Shown here one piece after another: positions 1 to 12,219 of a stretch of DNA of 64,000 bases (positions are counted from its first letter, which is position 1; every line of letters starts with the position of its first letter). Below the pieces are notes generated by a model. It saw nothing but the letters and a program-made list of their open reading frames with translations, was not told the DNA's origin and searched no databases. Source of the DNA: Macrostomum lignano (Eukaryota); the NCBI GenBank assembly GCA_002269645.1, contig NIVC01000757.1, positions 21,036 to 85,035 of the forward strand, written 5' to 3'. A program made the position numbers and the translations under genes.

Positions 1-764
1 CCCTCCGCCATCCCGCCGTGCTGGAGGCCGCACTTCAGGAGCGGGCGCAGCTGCTGCCGAGCCTCCTGGCCGTCTGCTGCCCGCTGCACCTGCCTCTGCC
101 CGGCTGCCAGCTGGACCCGCTGGCCTTCTGCCTGCTGACTGAGGACCTGGAGTCCGCCCTGCTGCTGCTGCTGGCCGGCGCCTCGCCTGCCTACCTGTGG
201 CGCTGCCATCAGCTGCAGCAGTGGCCCGCCGCTGTGGTTGAGGCTAGGAGAGCCAAGGTATGTGTCCTAGTGTCTGTCTGTGTCTGTCTGTGTCTGTATG
301 TCTGTCTGTGTGTCTGTGTGTGTGTCTGTGTGTCTGTGTGTGTGTCTGTCTGTGTGTGTTTGTGTGCCTGTCTGTGTGTCTGTCTGTGTCTGTCTGTGTG
401 TCTGTGTGTGTGCCTGTGTGTGTGTCTGTGTGTCTGTCTGTGTGTGTGTCTGTGTGTCTGTCTGTGTGTCTGTCTGTGTGTCTGTCTGTGTGTCTGTGTC
501 TGTCTGTGTGTCTGTCTGTGTGTCTGTCTGTGTCTGTGTGTCTGTCTGTGTCTGTGTGTGTCTGTCTAAGTGTCTGTGTGTCTGTGTGTCTGTCTGAGTG
601 TCTGTGTGTCTGTCTGTGTCTGTGTCTGTCTGTGTGTCTGTCTGAGTGTCTGTGTCTGTGTGTGTGTCTGTGTGTCTGTCTGAGTGTCTGTGTGTCTGTG
701 TGTCTGTCTGTCTGTCTGTGTGTCTGTCTGAGTGTCTGTGTGTCTGTGTGTCTGTCTGTTTGTG

Positions 765-829
<65 letters not shown>

Positions 830-1114
830 GACTGTCTGTCTACTCCTGGTCCAACTGTCAGTCAATGTCATTCCCTCGCCCAGGACTCCGTAGCCGAGCG
901 CCTCGATGCGGTCTGGTCGGCGCCATTCTCACTGCGCCATCTGGCGCGCACAGCCGCCCGCCGGGTGCTGACGCCGCCGCAGCCGTTGCGCACCGAGTCA
1001 GACTGGCTGCGCCTGAAAGTGCCGCTGTCCGGCGACGCGAAGCTTCGAATGTCGCTGCTATTCGATCCGGTATTCGCCGACATGTTCGCCCTGCTGCAGG
1101 CTATCGCTTACTGA
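1..1114 (+). CDS. 3' part of a SOCS-box protein gene (possibly ASB/ankyrin-SOCS type); exons <1..257 and 884..1114
   Basis: AAG|GTATGT donor at 258 and CCCAG|GAC acceptor at 883 join in phase 0. The last exon encodes [16 protein letters not shown]...LRMSLLF, a BC-box-like SOCS motif, and ends in TGA at 1112-1114. The gene starts outside the window. Confidence 0.6.
260..842. repeat. Compound (TG)n/(TCTG)n microsatellite filling the intron of the SOCS-box gene
   Basis: Visible GTCT/GT units between donor 258 and acceptor 883. Confidence 0.97.
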
Positions 1115-1496
1115 TGGGCCGGGAGTTCGAATCTTCTGCCGCGGGTGAAATCGTTTGATTAGAAATATTATATATAGATTGCTTAAAACGGTATAATATA
1201 TACGGATAGAAGTGCATTGAATCAAGCTGACCTAAACAGTGATTGTTTAATAAATGCTTTGATTTGGCTTATTGTAAAATCAGTTTCAGCTCCTCTGCTA
1301 CATTTTTATTGTTTTATTCATTTGATTTTATTTTGAATTTAATTTTTAGGTTCAGTCCTTTGGATGTTAGGATCTGTCATTGTGGGCGGGATTTTAGCGG
1401 TTTGGGTTGTATGTGCAACATGCGAAAAGACAGATCGAAGAGGCTTAGGGGCTGTGTGCCCCCTGGCGCACTTTAAGCGACATTGTCCTGCGACTA

Positions 1497-1703
1497 TTGA
1501 TTGTCATTGATTGATTGATTGCATGGTTGGCTGATTGATTGACTGATTGATTAATTGATTGACTGATTGATCAATTGATGGACTGATTGATTGATTGATG
1601 ATTAACTGATTTATTTATTGATTGATTGACTGATTGATTGACTGATTGATTGATTGATTGACTGATTGATTGATTGATCCACTGATTGATTGATTGATCC
1701 ACT
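1497..1703. repeat. (ATTG)n microsatellite
   Basis: Degenerate GATT/GACT tetramer run. Confidence 0.95.
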
Positions 1704-1769
1704 GATTCCAGGAGGCACACAAGCGCGCGGATACGTACGCAGTCATACGCACAGGCACACACTCACACA

Positions 1770-1972
1770 GGAATGTACAGCGACCCTATCTTTATTTTAT
1801 CGTTAGGCATGTACACTTCACTGCACCTTGGGGGTTAGCCCTCAAAGCCGTTAATTGCACGAGCAGAGCCAAGCCGAGATTCCAATTCAGCCCCAAATTA
1901 ATGCGACTGCACTTGGAATCGAGCCTGGGTCGCTGGCACATCAGAGCGCCGCGCTAAACCACTGGGCTACAA
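1770..1972 (-). mobile_element. tRNA-derived SINE family A, copy 1
   Basis: Minus strand starts GTTGTAGCCCAGTGGTTTAGCGCG...GGCTCGATTCC (A-box and B-box like). The body is closely similar to 9063-9260 and partly to 42545-42665. Confidence 0.75.
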
Positions 1973-2228
1973 CCCCCCCCCATTAGGTGAAGCAGGTAAA
2001 TACCAATATAGTAGGTAAAAAAGATAGGTAAATAGAACAGTAAAAACAGGTCAGTAATATAATACTGCATTTATGGCAGATTAATTACTTAACTTGTCTG
2101 TAGCGAGTGCTTACAGACAAGTTTATAGATGCCTTTTATTACCATTTAAAACACGGCTAACATGCAGTAGTATAAAACGCACATTTTGTTGTACTTTTAC
2201 AATACAATGAAGGTCCTTCATTTTTTGC

Positions 2229-5200
2229 ATGTCTACCCCAGACGCCGATCTTGTCGACTTGGTGTCTCGGGCGCTTCGTCTTGAAGAGTCGTCAGCCGAC
2301 GATCCTGAAGACCAACCGTACAAGTCGCGCTACGAAGCTCGGAAACTTCTCAACGAAGCTATTAGTATTGTTAATGCCGAGGGATTATCGTCAGCAGTTG
2401 AGACTAAAGGTTAGCTACTCATAAGCTGCTATTGTGTATTCTATCTACAAAATTCAAATCGATCTTCTTCAACTCTCGGAGAGTCTTCTTCAAATCTTGG
2501 AGAGTCTTCTTTTAAACTCTTAGAGAGTCTTCTTTTAAACTCTGAAAGAGTCTTCTTTTAAACTCTTAGAGAGTCTTCTTTTAAACTCTTAGAGAGTCTT
2601 CTTTTAAACTCTTAGAGAGTCTTCTTTTAAACTCTTAGAGAGTCTTCTTTTAAACTCTTAGAGAGTCTTCTTTTAAACTCTTAGAGAGTCTTCTTTTAAA
2701 CTCTTAGAGAGTCTTCTTTTAAACTCTTAGAGAGTCTTGTTCAAATCTTGGAGAGTCTTCTTTTAAACTCTTAGAGAGTCTTCTTTTAAACTCTTAAAGA
2801 GTCTTCTTTTAAACTCTTAGAGAGTCTTCTTTTCAACTCATAGAGAGTCTTCTTTTAAACTCTTAGAGAGTCTTGTTCAAATCTTGGAGAGTCTTCTTTT
2901 AAACTCATAGAGAGTCTTCTTTTAAACTCTTAGAGAGTCTTGTTCAAATATTGGAGAGTCTTCTTTTCAACTCTTGGAGTCTTCAGGTCTAGGAGAGTCT
3001 TCTTCAAATCTTGGAGAGTCTTTTTTGAACTCTTGGAGATTCTTTTTCAAATCCTAAAGAATCTTCTTCAAATATTGGATGGACTTCAAATGCTTGAGAA
3101 TCGCTTTCAAATATTTTTTTAATCGCTTTTAAATCTTTTAGAAGTTCCCTCGCAGTGTCTTTAAGAGTCGCTTTGAAGTTGAAATCGATATTAGTTACAC
3201 TTTATTAATATTTTTAAACATGACTTTTACTAGATAAATTAGACTCCATTTACCTGCTCCTTTCTGCAGCTGAAGGTGACAGCAGTTCACCCGACCCAGA
3301 GTTCAAATCTCACAGGCGTCAACTTCGCTTGCTATGGTTGAAAATTCGTTTAGCCTCAAACTATTTGGAGACTGATGAAGCTTCGGAAGGATATCGAATG
3401 CTCACTGCCCTACTCGAGGCTGACAACGAAGTTCTCCAGTTGAACGATGGAGGTACCGATCAAAGCGGCGAAGTTGTTGTTGCAGACTCTTCTTCCGCGA
3501 ATCGATATCTTCGCGAAGCGGCCGTTAAAGTTCAACTGTACAACTGGCTGGGCTGCGCGTGCTGCCATCTGAATCGGCACGCTGATGCTATCGAATTCCT
3601 GCAACAGGCTGAGGCAGCCTTTCTGCGCGCGAAACGGCTGCTGGCTGCTGACGAGTCCGCCAGGGTGAGATGATAGCTCTGATGTTTTTGAGAGTAGATT
3701 GCTGAATGTCTGAGACTAGACTGAGGTTAGATTTTGAGGTTAGACTTAGGTTAGATTATGAGATTAGACTACGATTAGGTTTTTTGGGCTGGATTATAAT
3801 TAGATTTCGAGGCTAGACTGAGATTAGATTCTTAGGCTAGACTGAGATTAGATTCAGTGGCTAGACTGAGGTTAGATTCAGAGGCTAGACTGAGGTTAGA
3901 TTTAGAGGCTAGACTGAGATTAGATTCTTAGGCTAGACTGAGGTTAGATTCTTAGGCTAGACTGAGGTTAGATTTAGAGGCTAGACTGAGGTCAGATTCA
4001 GAGGCTAGACTGAGATTAGATTCTTAAGCTAGACTGAGATTAGATTCTTAGGCTAGACTGAGGTTAGATTCTTAGGCTAGACTGAGGTTAGATTCTTAAG
4101 CTAGACTGAGATTAGATTCTTAGGCTAGACTGAGGTTAGATTCTTAAGCTAGACTGAGGTTAGATTCAGAGGCTAGACTGAGGTTAGATTCGGAGGCTAG
4201 ACTGAGATTAGATTCTTAAGCTAGACTAAGATTAGATTCAGAGGCTAGACTGATATTAGATTCAGAGGCTAGACTGAGATTAGATTCTTAAGCTAGACTG
4301 AGATTAGATTCTTAGGCTAGACTGAGGTTAGATTCAGAGACTAGACTGAGATTAGATTTCAGGCTAGACTGAGATATTAGGTTTTCAGGCTAGACTGAGA
4401 TTAGATTTTGAAACTAGACTGAGACTAGATTTTGAAGCGAGGCTGAGATTAGATTTCGAGGTCAGACTGAGATTAGATTTTGAAACGAGGCTGAGATTAG
4501 ATTTCGAGGTCAAACTGAGATTAGATTTCGAGGCTAGACTGATATTAGATTTCGAGGCTAGACTGAGATTAGATTTTGAGGCTAGACTGAAATTAGATTC
4601 TGATACTAGACTGAGATTAGATTTTAAGGCTAGACTGAAATTAGATTCTGATACTAGACTGAGATTAGATTTCGAGGCCAGACTGAGATTAGATTTCGAG
4701 GCCAGACTGAGATTAGATTTTGAGGCTAGACTGAAATTAGATTTTGATACTAGACTGAGATTAGATTTCGAGACCAGACTAAGATTAAATTTCGAGGCTA
4801 GACTGAGGTTGGATTCAGAGACTAGACTGAGATTAAATTTAGAGGCTAGACTGAGATTAGATTTCGAGGCCAGACTGAGATTAGATTTTGAGGCTAGACT
4901 GAAATTAGATTCTGAGACTAGACTGAGATTAGATTTCGAGGCCAGACTGAGATTAGATTTTGAGGCTAGACTGAAATAAGATTCTGAGACTAGACTGAGA
5001 TTAGATTTCGAGGCCAGACTGAGATTAGATTTCGAGGCCAGACTGAGATTAGATTTCGAGGCCAGACTGAGATTAGATTTCGAGGCCAGACTGAGATTAG
5101 ATTTTGAGGCTAGACTGAAATTAGATTCTGAGACTAGACTGAGATTAGATTTCGAGGCCAGACTGAGATTAGATTTCGAGGTCAGACTGAGATTAGATTT

Positions 5201-8200
5201 TGAGGCTAGACTGAAATTAGATTCTGATACTAGACTGAGATTAGATTTCGAGGCCAGACTGAGATTAGATTTCGAGGCCAGACTGAGATTAGATTTCGAG
5301 GCCAGACTGAGATTAGATTTCGAGGCCAGACTGAGATTAGATTTCGAGGCCAGACTGAGATTAGATTTCGAGGCCAGACTGAGATTATGTTTTCAAGCTA
5401 ACACAGATTAGATTTTGAGGCTAGACAGACTAGATTTTGAAGCGAGACTGAGATTAGGCATTAAGACTGCCCGCGCTCTCTCCATCATTCAGGCCTGGGA
5501 TCTATCCGATCTATTCCCATCGGCTGTGAAGCCAGCTAATGAGAAAGAAGAAGCCGCATCAGCTCTAGCGGACTCGTGCTCCCTGGAGTCGCTGCACACA
5601 AAGACCCTGTTCTATTTGGCTCAAGCGTTTGGCAAAGCTGATCGACCAGCAGATTCGGCTCGCTACTGTCAGATGACGCTTAACCGGCAGCTGGCCCTGT
5701 CTGACTATGCAGCGAGCGAATGGGCTGTGAACTGCGCCGCACTCAGTCAGTACTATTTGGGGGTGCGAGACTTTGCCAGAGCGCACAGGTGCTTGTGTGC
5801 CGCATCGGCTGTGCTTGCCGAAGCTGAGGCGGCCAATCCTGAAGCTTTTGTAAGCTTTGATTGATTGCGAATCTTGTTTCTGGGGCATTGGCAGGTTACA
5901 GCTGGGGTAGGGAGAGTACAGCTGGGGCAGGGGGAGTACAGCTGGGGCGGGGAGTACAGCTGGGGCAGGGGGAGTACAGCTGGGGCAGGGAAAGTACAGC
6001 TGGGGCAGGGAAAGTACAGCTGGGGCAGGGAAAGTACAGCTGGGGCAGGGAAAGTACAGCTGGGGTCGGGATGGGGCAGGGAATGTACAGCTGGGGCAGG
6101 GATGGGGCAGGGAATGTACAGCTGGGGCAGGGATGGGGCAGGGAATGTACAGCTGGGGCAGGGATGGGACAGGGAATGTACAGCTGGGGCAGGGATGGGG
6201 CAGGGAATGTACAGCTGGGGCAGGGATGGGGCAGGGAATGTACAGCTGGGGCAGGGAAAGTACAGCTGAGGCAGGAGGGGATACGGGAGGAAAAATCCTC
6301 CAGCCAATCGGGGAAGTCTGAACAGAAATATTTTTCAATTTTTAAGCTTGTTTAAAGACAAATTTTGGTGAAAAACATCCAGGCAGCGCACGATCCCGAC
6401 AGCGAGCTGCAGCACAATCGAGCGAGCATTTCTCGTTGCTGGGTGAAGTACGCGATAGCCTTACTGGAGTATTCGCGAGATCTTGCCCAGCACCAACTAG
6501 AAGATTGTCGGTCCGAGGCCGACTACGAGGATTTGTTTCCTAGCGTCGAGGCCGGTCATCACGCTGACAAGGTGGCGTACGTGCCGGCTGTTAATTTTGA
6601 ACAGGTGTGGCGCATCTCTGATTTCATTAGTGAGTTGGTAGATTCCATTAGTTAGTTGGTAGATTCGGTTAGTGAGTTAATAGATTCCATTAGTGAGTTG
6701 GTAGATTCAATAAGTGAGTTGGTAGATTTAGTTTGAGTTGGTAGATTTAGTTAGTGAGTTGGTAGATTTAGTTTGAGTTGGTAGATTTAGTTAGTGAGTT
6801 GGTAGATTTAGTTTGAGTTGGTAGATTTAGTTAGTGAGTTGGTAGATTTAGTTAGTGAGTTGGTAGATTTAGTTTGAGTTGGTAGATTTAGTTAGTGAGT
6901 TGGTAGATTCCATTAGTTAGTTGGTAGATTCCATTAGTGAGTTGGTAGATTTAGTTAGTGAGTTGGTAGATTTAGTTAGTGAGTTGGTAGATTTAGTTTG
7001 AGTTGGTAGATTTAGTTAATGAGTTGGTAGATTTAGTTGGTGAGTTGGTAGATTTAGTTTGAGTTGGTAGATTTAGTTAGTGAGTTGGTAGATTTCATTA
7101 GTGAGTTGGTAGATTTCATTAGTGAGTTGGTAGATTTCATTAGTGAGTTGGTAGATTCCATTAGTGAGTTGGTAGATTCGGTTAGTGAGTTAGTAGATTC
7201 CATTAGTTAGTTGGTAGATTCGGTTAGTGAGTTAGTAGATTCGGTTAGTGAGTTAGTAGATTCCATTAGTGAGTTGGTAGATTCGGTTAGTAAGTTGGTA
7301 GATTTAGTTAGTGAGTTGGTAGATTTAGTTAGTGAGTTAGTAGATTCCATTAGTGAGTTGGTGGATTCAATAAGTAAGTTGGTAGATTCGGTTAGTGAGT
7401 TGGTAGATTCGGTTAGTAAGCTGGTAGATTCAATAAGTGAGTTGGTAGAATTGACGGGTCAATCAGTACACTCAGTGGTTGTATTTAGTAGATTCTATGA
7501 GTCGGTTCAGGATGATGTTAAACTCCGTTTTACCCCTCCAACCTCTACTTCGCAGGCTCGCGCAATCTTTCTATTCGCCCAGCGGCATCTGACATCGGCT
7601 AAAGACTTCTTCAGACTAGATGAGCACTGCACCGACCATGCCGAGCTAGTTCGCGACCATTCCCGTGCTTTCCTGCACCTGCTGCAGTTCGAGCTGGACA
7701 GCGATCGGCGTGCTCGAATGCACAAGCGTAGAGCCGATATGCTCAGAGAGCTGCTCAGCCAGCTGAGTCAGCAGTACTACTTGCTGTTGTGCCGGCAGAT
7801 AAGATTTGAGCTGGGAGAAACTCTGGTTAGTGCTCTGGGATGCTTTATTGATGTTAGCTGTCAATCAGCTGACTTGCGGCAGTTTACAAGGCTTCTTGGA
7901 AACTAACTACCTAAATCTCACCCCCGATACTTAGTCAACCATAATGATCCCATACCCTGTTATTTGAAGTCAGCCATATGGTCCATCGATGATCCCATTC
8001 GACGATAGTCTCATCCAAATGATCCGATCCATCCAAGATCCCATCCATCAATAATCCGATCCATCGAAGATCCCATCCATCGAAGATCCCATCCATCCAA
8101 GATCCCATCCATCAATAATCCGATCCATCGAAGATCCCATCCATCGAAGATCCCATCTATCAATAATCCCATCCATCGAAGATCCCATTCATCAATAATC

Positions 8201-8935
8201 CCATCCATCGAAGATCTCATCTATCAATAATCCGATTCATCGAAGATCCCATCCATCAATAATCCCATGCATCAATAATCCCATCCATCGAAGATCCCAT
8301 CTATCAATAATCCGATTCATCGAAGATCCCATCCATCAATAATCCCATCCATCGAAGATCCCATCCGATGTTTGACGTCATGAATTTATGATTGTTGATA
8401 TAGCCTATCCTAGATTTGCAGAAGATGTCTCATTATAACTTAACCAAACGATGTCCTGTCCTGACCCCCTCCCCAACCGACCCCCCCCCCGCTGCCCCAG
8501 GTGGACCTCTTGGACATCAAGCTGTCAGCCCTGGAGTCCCAGGCCGCTGCCGGCCAGACCCCCAGCCCGGCGGCCGTGGCCAAAGCCAACGCCATCGGCC
8601 GTGACGCGGTGACCCAGTTCGACTTATTTGTCGATTCGTTTCGCCTACCGCCGCCCGAGTCGCGCCTGCCAGACCGGCTGGAGGCCTTGGACACCCGGCC
8701 GGTGCTGCTGGCGCTGTTCCACTCCGCCCGGGTGTCTGCCCGCCTGCCCGAGCCGTCCAGAGATCGTCGATTGGCCAATCTGCGTCGAGCCGAAGCCAAT
8801 TACCGGCAGGTTAGCGAGTACTGCGAGCGGGTGCCCGAGGCTGCCAGCGTCATGTCGCCGGAGCTGGATCTGATTAGGGACATGCTAGCTTTGATGCCCG
8901 TTAAAGTGCAAACTGTTATGGACAAATTCGCCTAG
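2229..8935 (+). CDS. KIFBP: KIF-binding protein (KBP/KIAA1279); exons 2229-2409, 3270-3664, 5493-5849, 6383-6604, 7556-7825, 8501-8935
   Basis: All five introns are GT-AG and phase-compatible (1,0,0,0,0). The spliced CDS is 1860 nt = 619 aa. It contains recognisable KBP motifs: PYKSRYEAR, HTKTLFYLAQAF, WAVNCAALSQYY, ISRCWVKY, RMHKRRADML, QQYYLLLCRQIRFE, ELDLIRDMLALMP. Confidence 0.93.
2465..3030. repeat. ~23-bp minisatellite (CTCTTAGAGAGTCTTCTTTTAAA) in KIFBP intron 1
   Basis: More than 20 visible tandem units that degenerate toward the 3' end. Confidence 0.95.
3700..5455. repeat. ~24-bp minisatellite (GCTAGACTGAGATTAGATTCTTAG / TTCGAGGCCAGACTGAGATTAGAT variants) in KIFBP intron 2
   Basis: About 70 tandem units, with variant types changing along the array. 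Confidence 0.95.
5895..6270. repeat. G-rich minisatellite (GTACAGCTGGGGCAGGG core, 18- and ~29-bp units) in KIFBP intron 3
   Basis: Tandem units visible directly. Confidence 0.95.
6622..7450. repeat. ~21-bp minisatellite (TTAGTGAGTTGGTAGATTCCA variants) in KIFBP intron 4
   Basis: Tandem units visible directly. Confidence 0.95.
8010..8367. repeat. Minisatellite (ATCCCATCCATCAATA / ATCCATCGAAG) in KIFBP intron 5
   Basis: Tandem units visible directly. Confidence 0.9.
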
Positions 8936-9062
8936 TGACTTGTGTACTTTTACCTGTTGAACTGTTGTTTGGATTGCTGTTGTAGCCGGGTTTAATCTGG
9001 GAGCAGAGTAGCTTCACAACCGGCGAGAGGTATTACCCCCGATTCCACCGACTCCCCTGAGC

Positions 9063-9260
9063 AGGCACACAGCGGCCCTGACTTTATTTATGGTTAGGCA
9101 TGTACACTTCACTGTGTCTTGGGGGGTTGGCCTTCAAGGCCGTTAATTGCACGAGCAGAGCCAAGCCGAGATTCCAATTCAGCCCCAAAATTAATGTGAC
9201 TGCACTCGGAATCTAGCCTGGGCCGCTGGCACATCAGAGCGCCGCGCTAAACCTTTGGGC
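9063..9260 (-). mobile_element. tRNA-derived SINE family A, copy 2
   Basis: Shares long identical blocks with 1770-1972, e.g. GCCGTTAATTGCACGAGCAGAGCCAAGCCGAGATTCCAATTCAGCCCCAAA. Confidence 0.75.
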
Positions 9261-9348
9261 TCCTGCCGCAGCATTTTCAAAAGAAATCAGTTGATAATTA
9301 GTTGTGCTCAATGTACGTCTCGTTTTACTAATAATGAAAAATATTGAT

Positions 9349-9612
9349 ACCTGCGCCCTAACGACCAGATGTGCAACCGACAGCTCAGCCGCAGCTACTG
9401 CGCGGCACGTCCAAGGACTGGGGGTGGGGGTCGCCACACACAGTCTCAATTACCCCAGCTAATGGTGGCACCCATTTTACAGCTCTGGGTGAACTGAAGC
9501 AATGCAGAGTTAAGTGTCTTGCTCAAGGACACAAATTATTCTAAGTGGGTCGAGAATCGAACCCCCTCCTTTCAGTCGTGAGTCTGACTTTCTTACCACT
9601 AGGCTACAACCC
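9349..9612 (-). mobile_element. tRNA-derived CORE-type SINE family B, copy 1 (internal deletion)
   Basis: Aligns to the copies at 28635, 31203, 54031 and 54960. Has a tRNA-like head plus GTGTCCTTGAGCAAGACACTTAA...CTGTAAAATGGG. Confidence 0.85.
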
Positions 9613-10190
9613 CTATTTTCTCATTTTATATTACTTAAAGTAGCACCATTCCTTCAGGGCTGCTTTTTCCGTTTTTAATGTCAATTTTTGGCCTTTATAC
9701 TCGTATTAATACTAATAGTCGTAAATGGCTGTAGTAACGGTGACTTAAAATTTATACTTCATTTGAAATAAAGCAAACCGTAAAAGGACCGATTATTTAT
9801 TCATCTTGACTTTAACATGGCGAAAAAAGGGTATATTTCTGTCAAATAACTGTTCTTGTTCTATTGATAAAATATAGCAACATAAATATTGTATAAAACC
9901 GGATAAAATTGTGTACACTTTTATTTCTTGATTTTAAAAAATAGTTTATTCTTGTCAGTTAATAGTTATTTTGGTACAAGAACCTAGCCGTAGGGATATT
10001 AAAAAGGACGAATGTCAGACTGACATATCGGATCGCATGCATAAAACGGAATAGCTGCTGTTTTGTAATTTTTATTATTTAAATAGCACTCTTACCTAGC
10101 ACATTGACTTTATGCATGCGACCATACAATTCTTTATAAATAAGTCTTTTTTTAATTAGAGAGTTCAGTTTGGTTGCAGACCCTCAGGCT

Positions 10191-12143
10191 TCACAGCTGC
10201 GTCTTGTGCCCGCTCGCCGAATTCTCGTACTCGTTGTACAAGTAAGCTTTGTTATCCTGCGGGCCGGCAGCTGGCACCTTGTCCGCTCCGTCCGTTGGCT
10301 TCGGGAAGCCGTCGCCTCCTAGCTTGCTAGCAGCTACACCCAGAATAGCTATGATTATGATGAAGCCGAGGCAGCTGCAAACAATAATAATGATAAGCAG
10401 GTGCTCGGACTTCAATCCAGTGTAACTCGAACCCAACACCTGGTTTGTAGTCGGTGTTGTAGACGCCGAAATTGTGGCAGCTTTCTGGTCTAGCGTCGAC
10501 AGCATGGCAACCTCCTGTTGGCAGAAGCTCTGACCGTATAGTGTCTTAATAAAGGTCGGCTTGCGTGACTGATTTATCAGATATCCCGTGGCCATTGTCT
10601 CGGTCATCTGAAGCGCTCGCTTCGGATCGTAGCAGGCGTTCGACGGCCACAGGGTGTTGTTGAGATAGTCACGGCATTTTGGATTGCAGCCGGTCTTGGA
10701 GAAGCATCCATTGGCTGTCATTTCGGCTGATACCTGTTCAGTGAGGTTGCCGTTTCGCATGTCTGTGATGTTGCATTCCCGCTCTATGTGAGGCTCGATG
10801 CCGCTCTGCACCCAGCACATGTTGATTCCGGAGACGGCGATGCAGCTGCCCAGCTTTTCAGAATTCGGCTTGCTGACATTGTTGGGATAATAGGACAGAA
10901 ACGACAGGCACATTTCGTCACTAGTTCCTTCGCCGAAGTAAATTGTTTTATTGGACTTTAGAGTGCTGAAGTAGCATTCAGTTTTAACTTCGTCACCTCT
11001 GCGGTATTCGATTGGCGGATCGAACATGTTCATTTTAGGCGAGTTGTAATCGTAGGCCTGCAGCGGATGCAAATCCTTGACGAGAGTTCCATTTCGCCAT
11101 AGCGAGATGCGGCCCTGCACTCCGTAGCCGTGCATGTGGATGCCGGCTCCGGTGATGTAGCGCGTCTCCGTGTGGTACTTCTCCGTGCACACCGACGGGC
11201 AAGTGTGGTTAAAATTAACCACTGGCTGACGCGGCGGAAGCACGAGATTGCCTTCGCCGTACATTGCAGTGCCCTGGTCGTATTTTCTCAGGTTGGGGGT
11301 GAAGTAGAGCGCCAAGCCAGATGAGTCTGTATATGTACTGAGCTTAGCCGGATTGTTCCAGTGGAGCTCCAGCATTGCGTAGCGATAGCCCTCGCCTCCG
11401 ATGCGATAGCCGGTGTTGTTGTTATAGCACTCGCCCTCGAGCCCGAATGCCCACAGATTGACTATCTCATTGCAGTCCGAGCGGGCCATAAAGCACTCCT
11501 GCGGGGCGTCGAAAAACGTCTGATTCGGCTTCGAAGAGCAGGCGTACATGATCATGTGGTGCATGACGTTCTTGTTGTCAATGATTGGCTTTGATCCGAT
11601 CAGGTGAACAGGCGTGGCGGTGTTGTTCAGCTCGAACGCCTGACAGACATACGTGGTTTCCTTCGCTGGAACCGGGGTGTTCTTGTTGATGGTGAAGTTT
11701 CTCACGGTCACACTGGGGTCATTCATGGCTGGACAGCTGAATGCTTTTGGGCACACGTTCCACGCGTTGCTGCATTTTGTGGAGCCGAACTCGCAAATTC
11801 CAGGGTGGGACAGTCCAGTCGTACGCGCCGGAGTGGCTCCGACCTTCCACACGCAGTCGGGGTCTCCGAGCTCTTGGCCGTTCGTGAGTCCGTCGCCGTC
11901 CGAGTCCTTGCGGCACAGGTCGACCGTCCACTGGAGCCCGGCCGCCTTGAAGTCTAAACCGAACTTGTTGCGAGTGTCGGCTCCAACCGCACTCTCGTGC
12001 CCCACTCCGGCCCAGATGGTGCCCACCTGGCACGGGTTCGGGACGCGATCTCCGTTGGGTATCCTCGACTTGAAACTTGAGTAGCCGTGTACAGTCTGCA
12101 GCACAACGGCTGCAGTCGCTATTAAGCTGATTCCAAGTTTCAT
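10191..12143 (-). CDS. Temptin-domain copper type II monooxygenase, paralogue 1 (intact, 650 aa; signal peptide, temptin domain, Cu-monooxygenase N and C domains, Cys-rich domain, TM helix, cytoplasmic tail)
   Basis: Single-exon ORF; the first ATG is at 12143 (the ORF track starts at an upstream GTG). Temptin motifs: RIPNGDRVPNPC, FGLDFKAAG..WT..LC..DSDGDG..NGQELGDPDC.W, SHPG. Copper ligands: VMHHM, ELHWNNP, IHMHG, DEMC. Hydrophobic TM segment EHLLIIIIVCSCLGFIIIIAILGV. Confidence 0.88.
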   Translation of the reverse strand: MKLGISLIATAAVVLQTVHGYSSFKSRIPNGDRVPNPCQVGTIWAGVGHESAVGADTRNKFGLDFKAAGLQWTVDLCRKDSDGDGLTNGQELGDPDCVWKVGATPARTTGLSHPGICEFGSTKCSNAWNVCPKAFSCPAMNDPSVTVRNFTINKNTPVPAKETTYVCQAFELNNTATPVHLIGSKPIIDNKNVMHHMIMYACSSKPNQTFFDAPQECFMARSDCNEIVNLWAFGLEGECYNNNTGYRIGGEGYRYAMLELHWNNPAKLSTYTDSSGLALYFTPNLRKYDQGTAMYGEGNLVLPPRQPVVNFNHTCPSVCTEKYHTETRYITGAGIHMHGYGVQGRISLWRNGTLVKDLHPLQAYDYNSPKMNMFDPPIEYRRGDEVKTECYFSTLKSNKTIYFGEGTSDEMCLSFLSYYPNNVSKPNSEKLGSCIAVSGINMCWVQSGIEPHIERECNITDMRNGNLTEQVSAEMTANGCFSKTGCNPKCRDYLNNTLWPSNACYDPKRALQMTETMATGYLINQSRKPTFIKTLYGQSFCQQEVAMLSTLDQKAATISASTTPTTNQVLGSSYTGLKSEHLLIIIIVCSCLGFIIIIAILGVAASKLGGDGFPKPTDGADKVPAAGPQDNKAYLYNEYENSASGHKTQL

Positions 12144-12211
12144 GATTCGGGTCGGGTTCAAAGCTGCAGATTTGCGGCTCTGTCGTTCATTCTTTTCCAC
12201 GCATCTTTTAT

Positions 12212-12219
12212 TTTATATA
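12212..12219 (-). promoter_or_regulatory. Candidate TATA box of monooxygenase paralogue 1
   Basis: TATATAAA on the minus strand about 70 nt upstream of the ATG at 12143. Confidence 0.45.

Noticed and set aside
18-871. Long C/V/L/S-rich and T/D/R/Q-rich ORFs
   Set aside because: Translations of the intronic (TG)/(TCTG) microsatellite; only the flanking exons are coding.
5565-6355. Overlapping Pro-rich and Gly-rich ORFs on both strands
   Set aside because: They derive from the KIFBP intron 3 minisatellite.
11130-12084. Antisense and alternative-frame ORFs over the monooxygenase genes (also over copies 2-5)
   Set aside because: Shadows of GC-rich codon usage; they recur only because the sense genes are paralogous.
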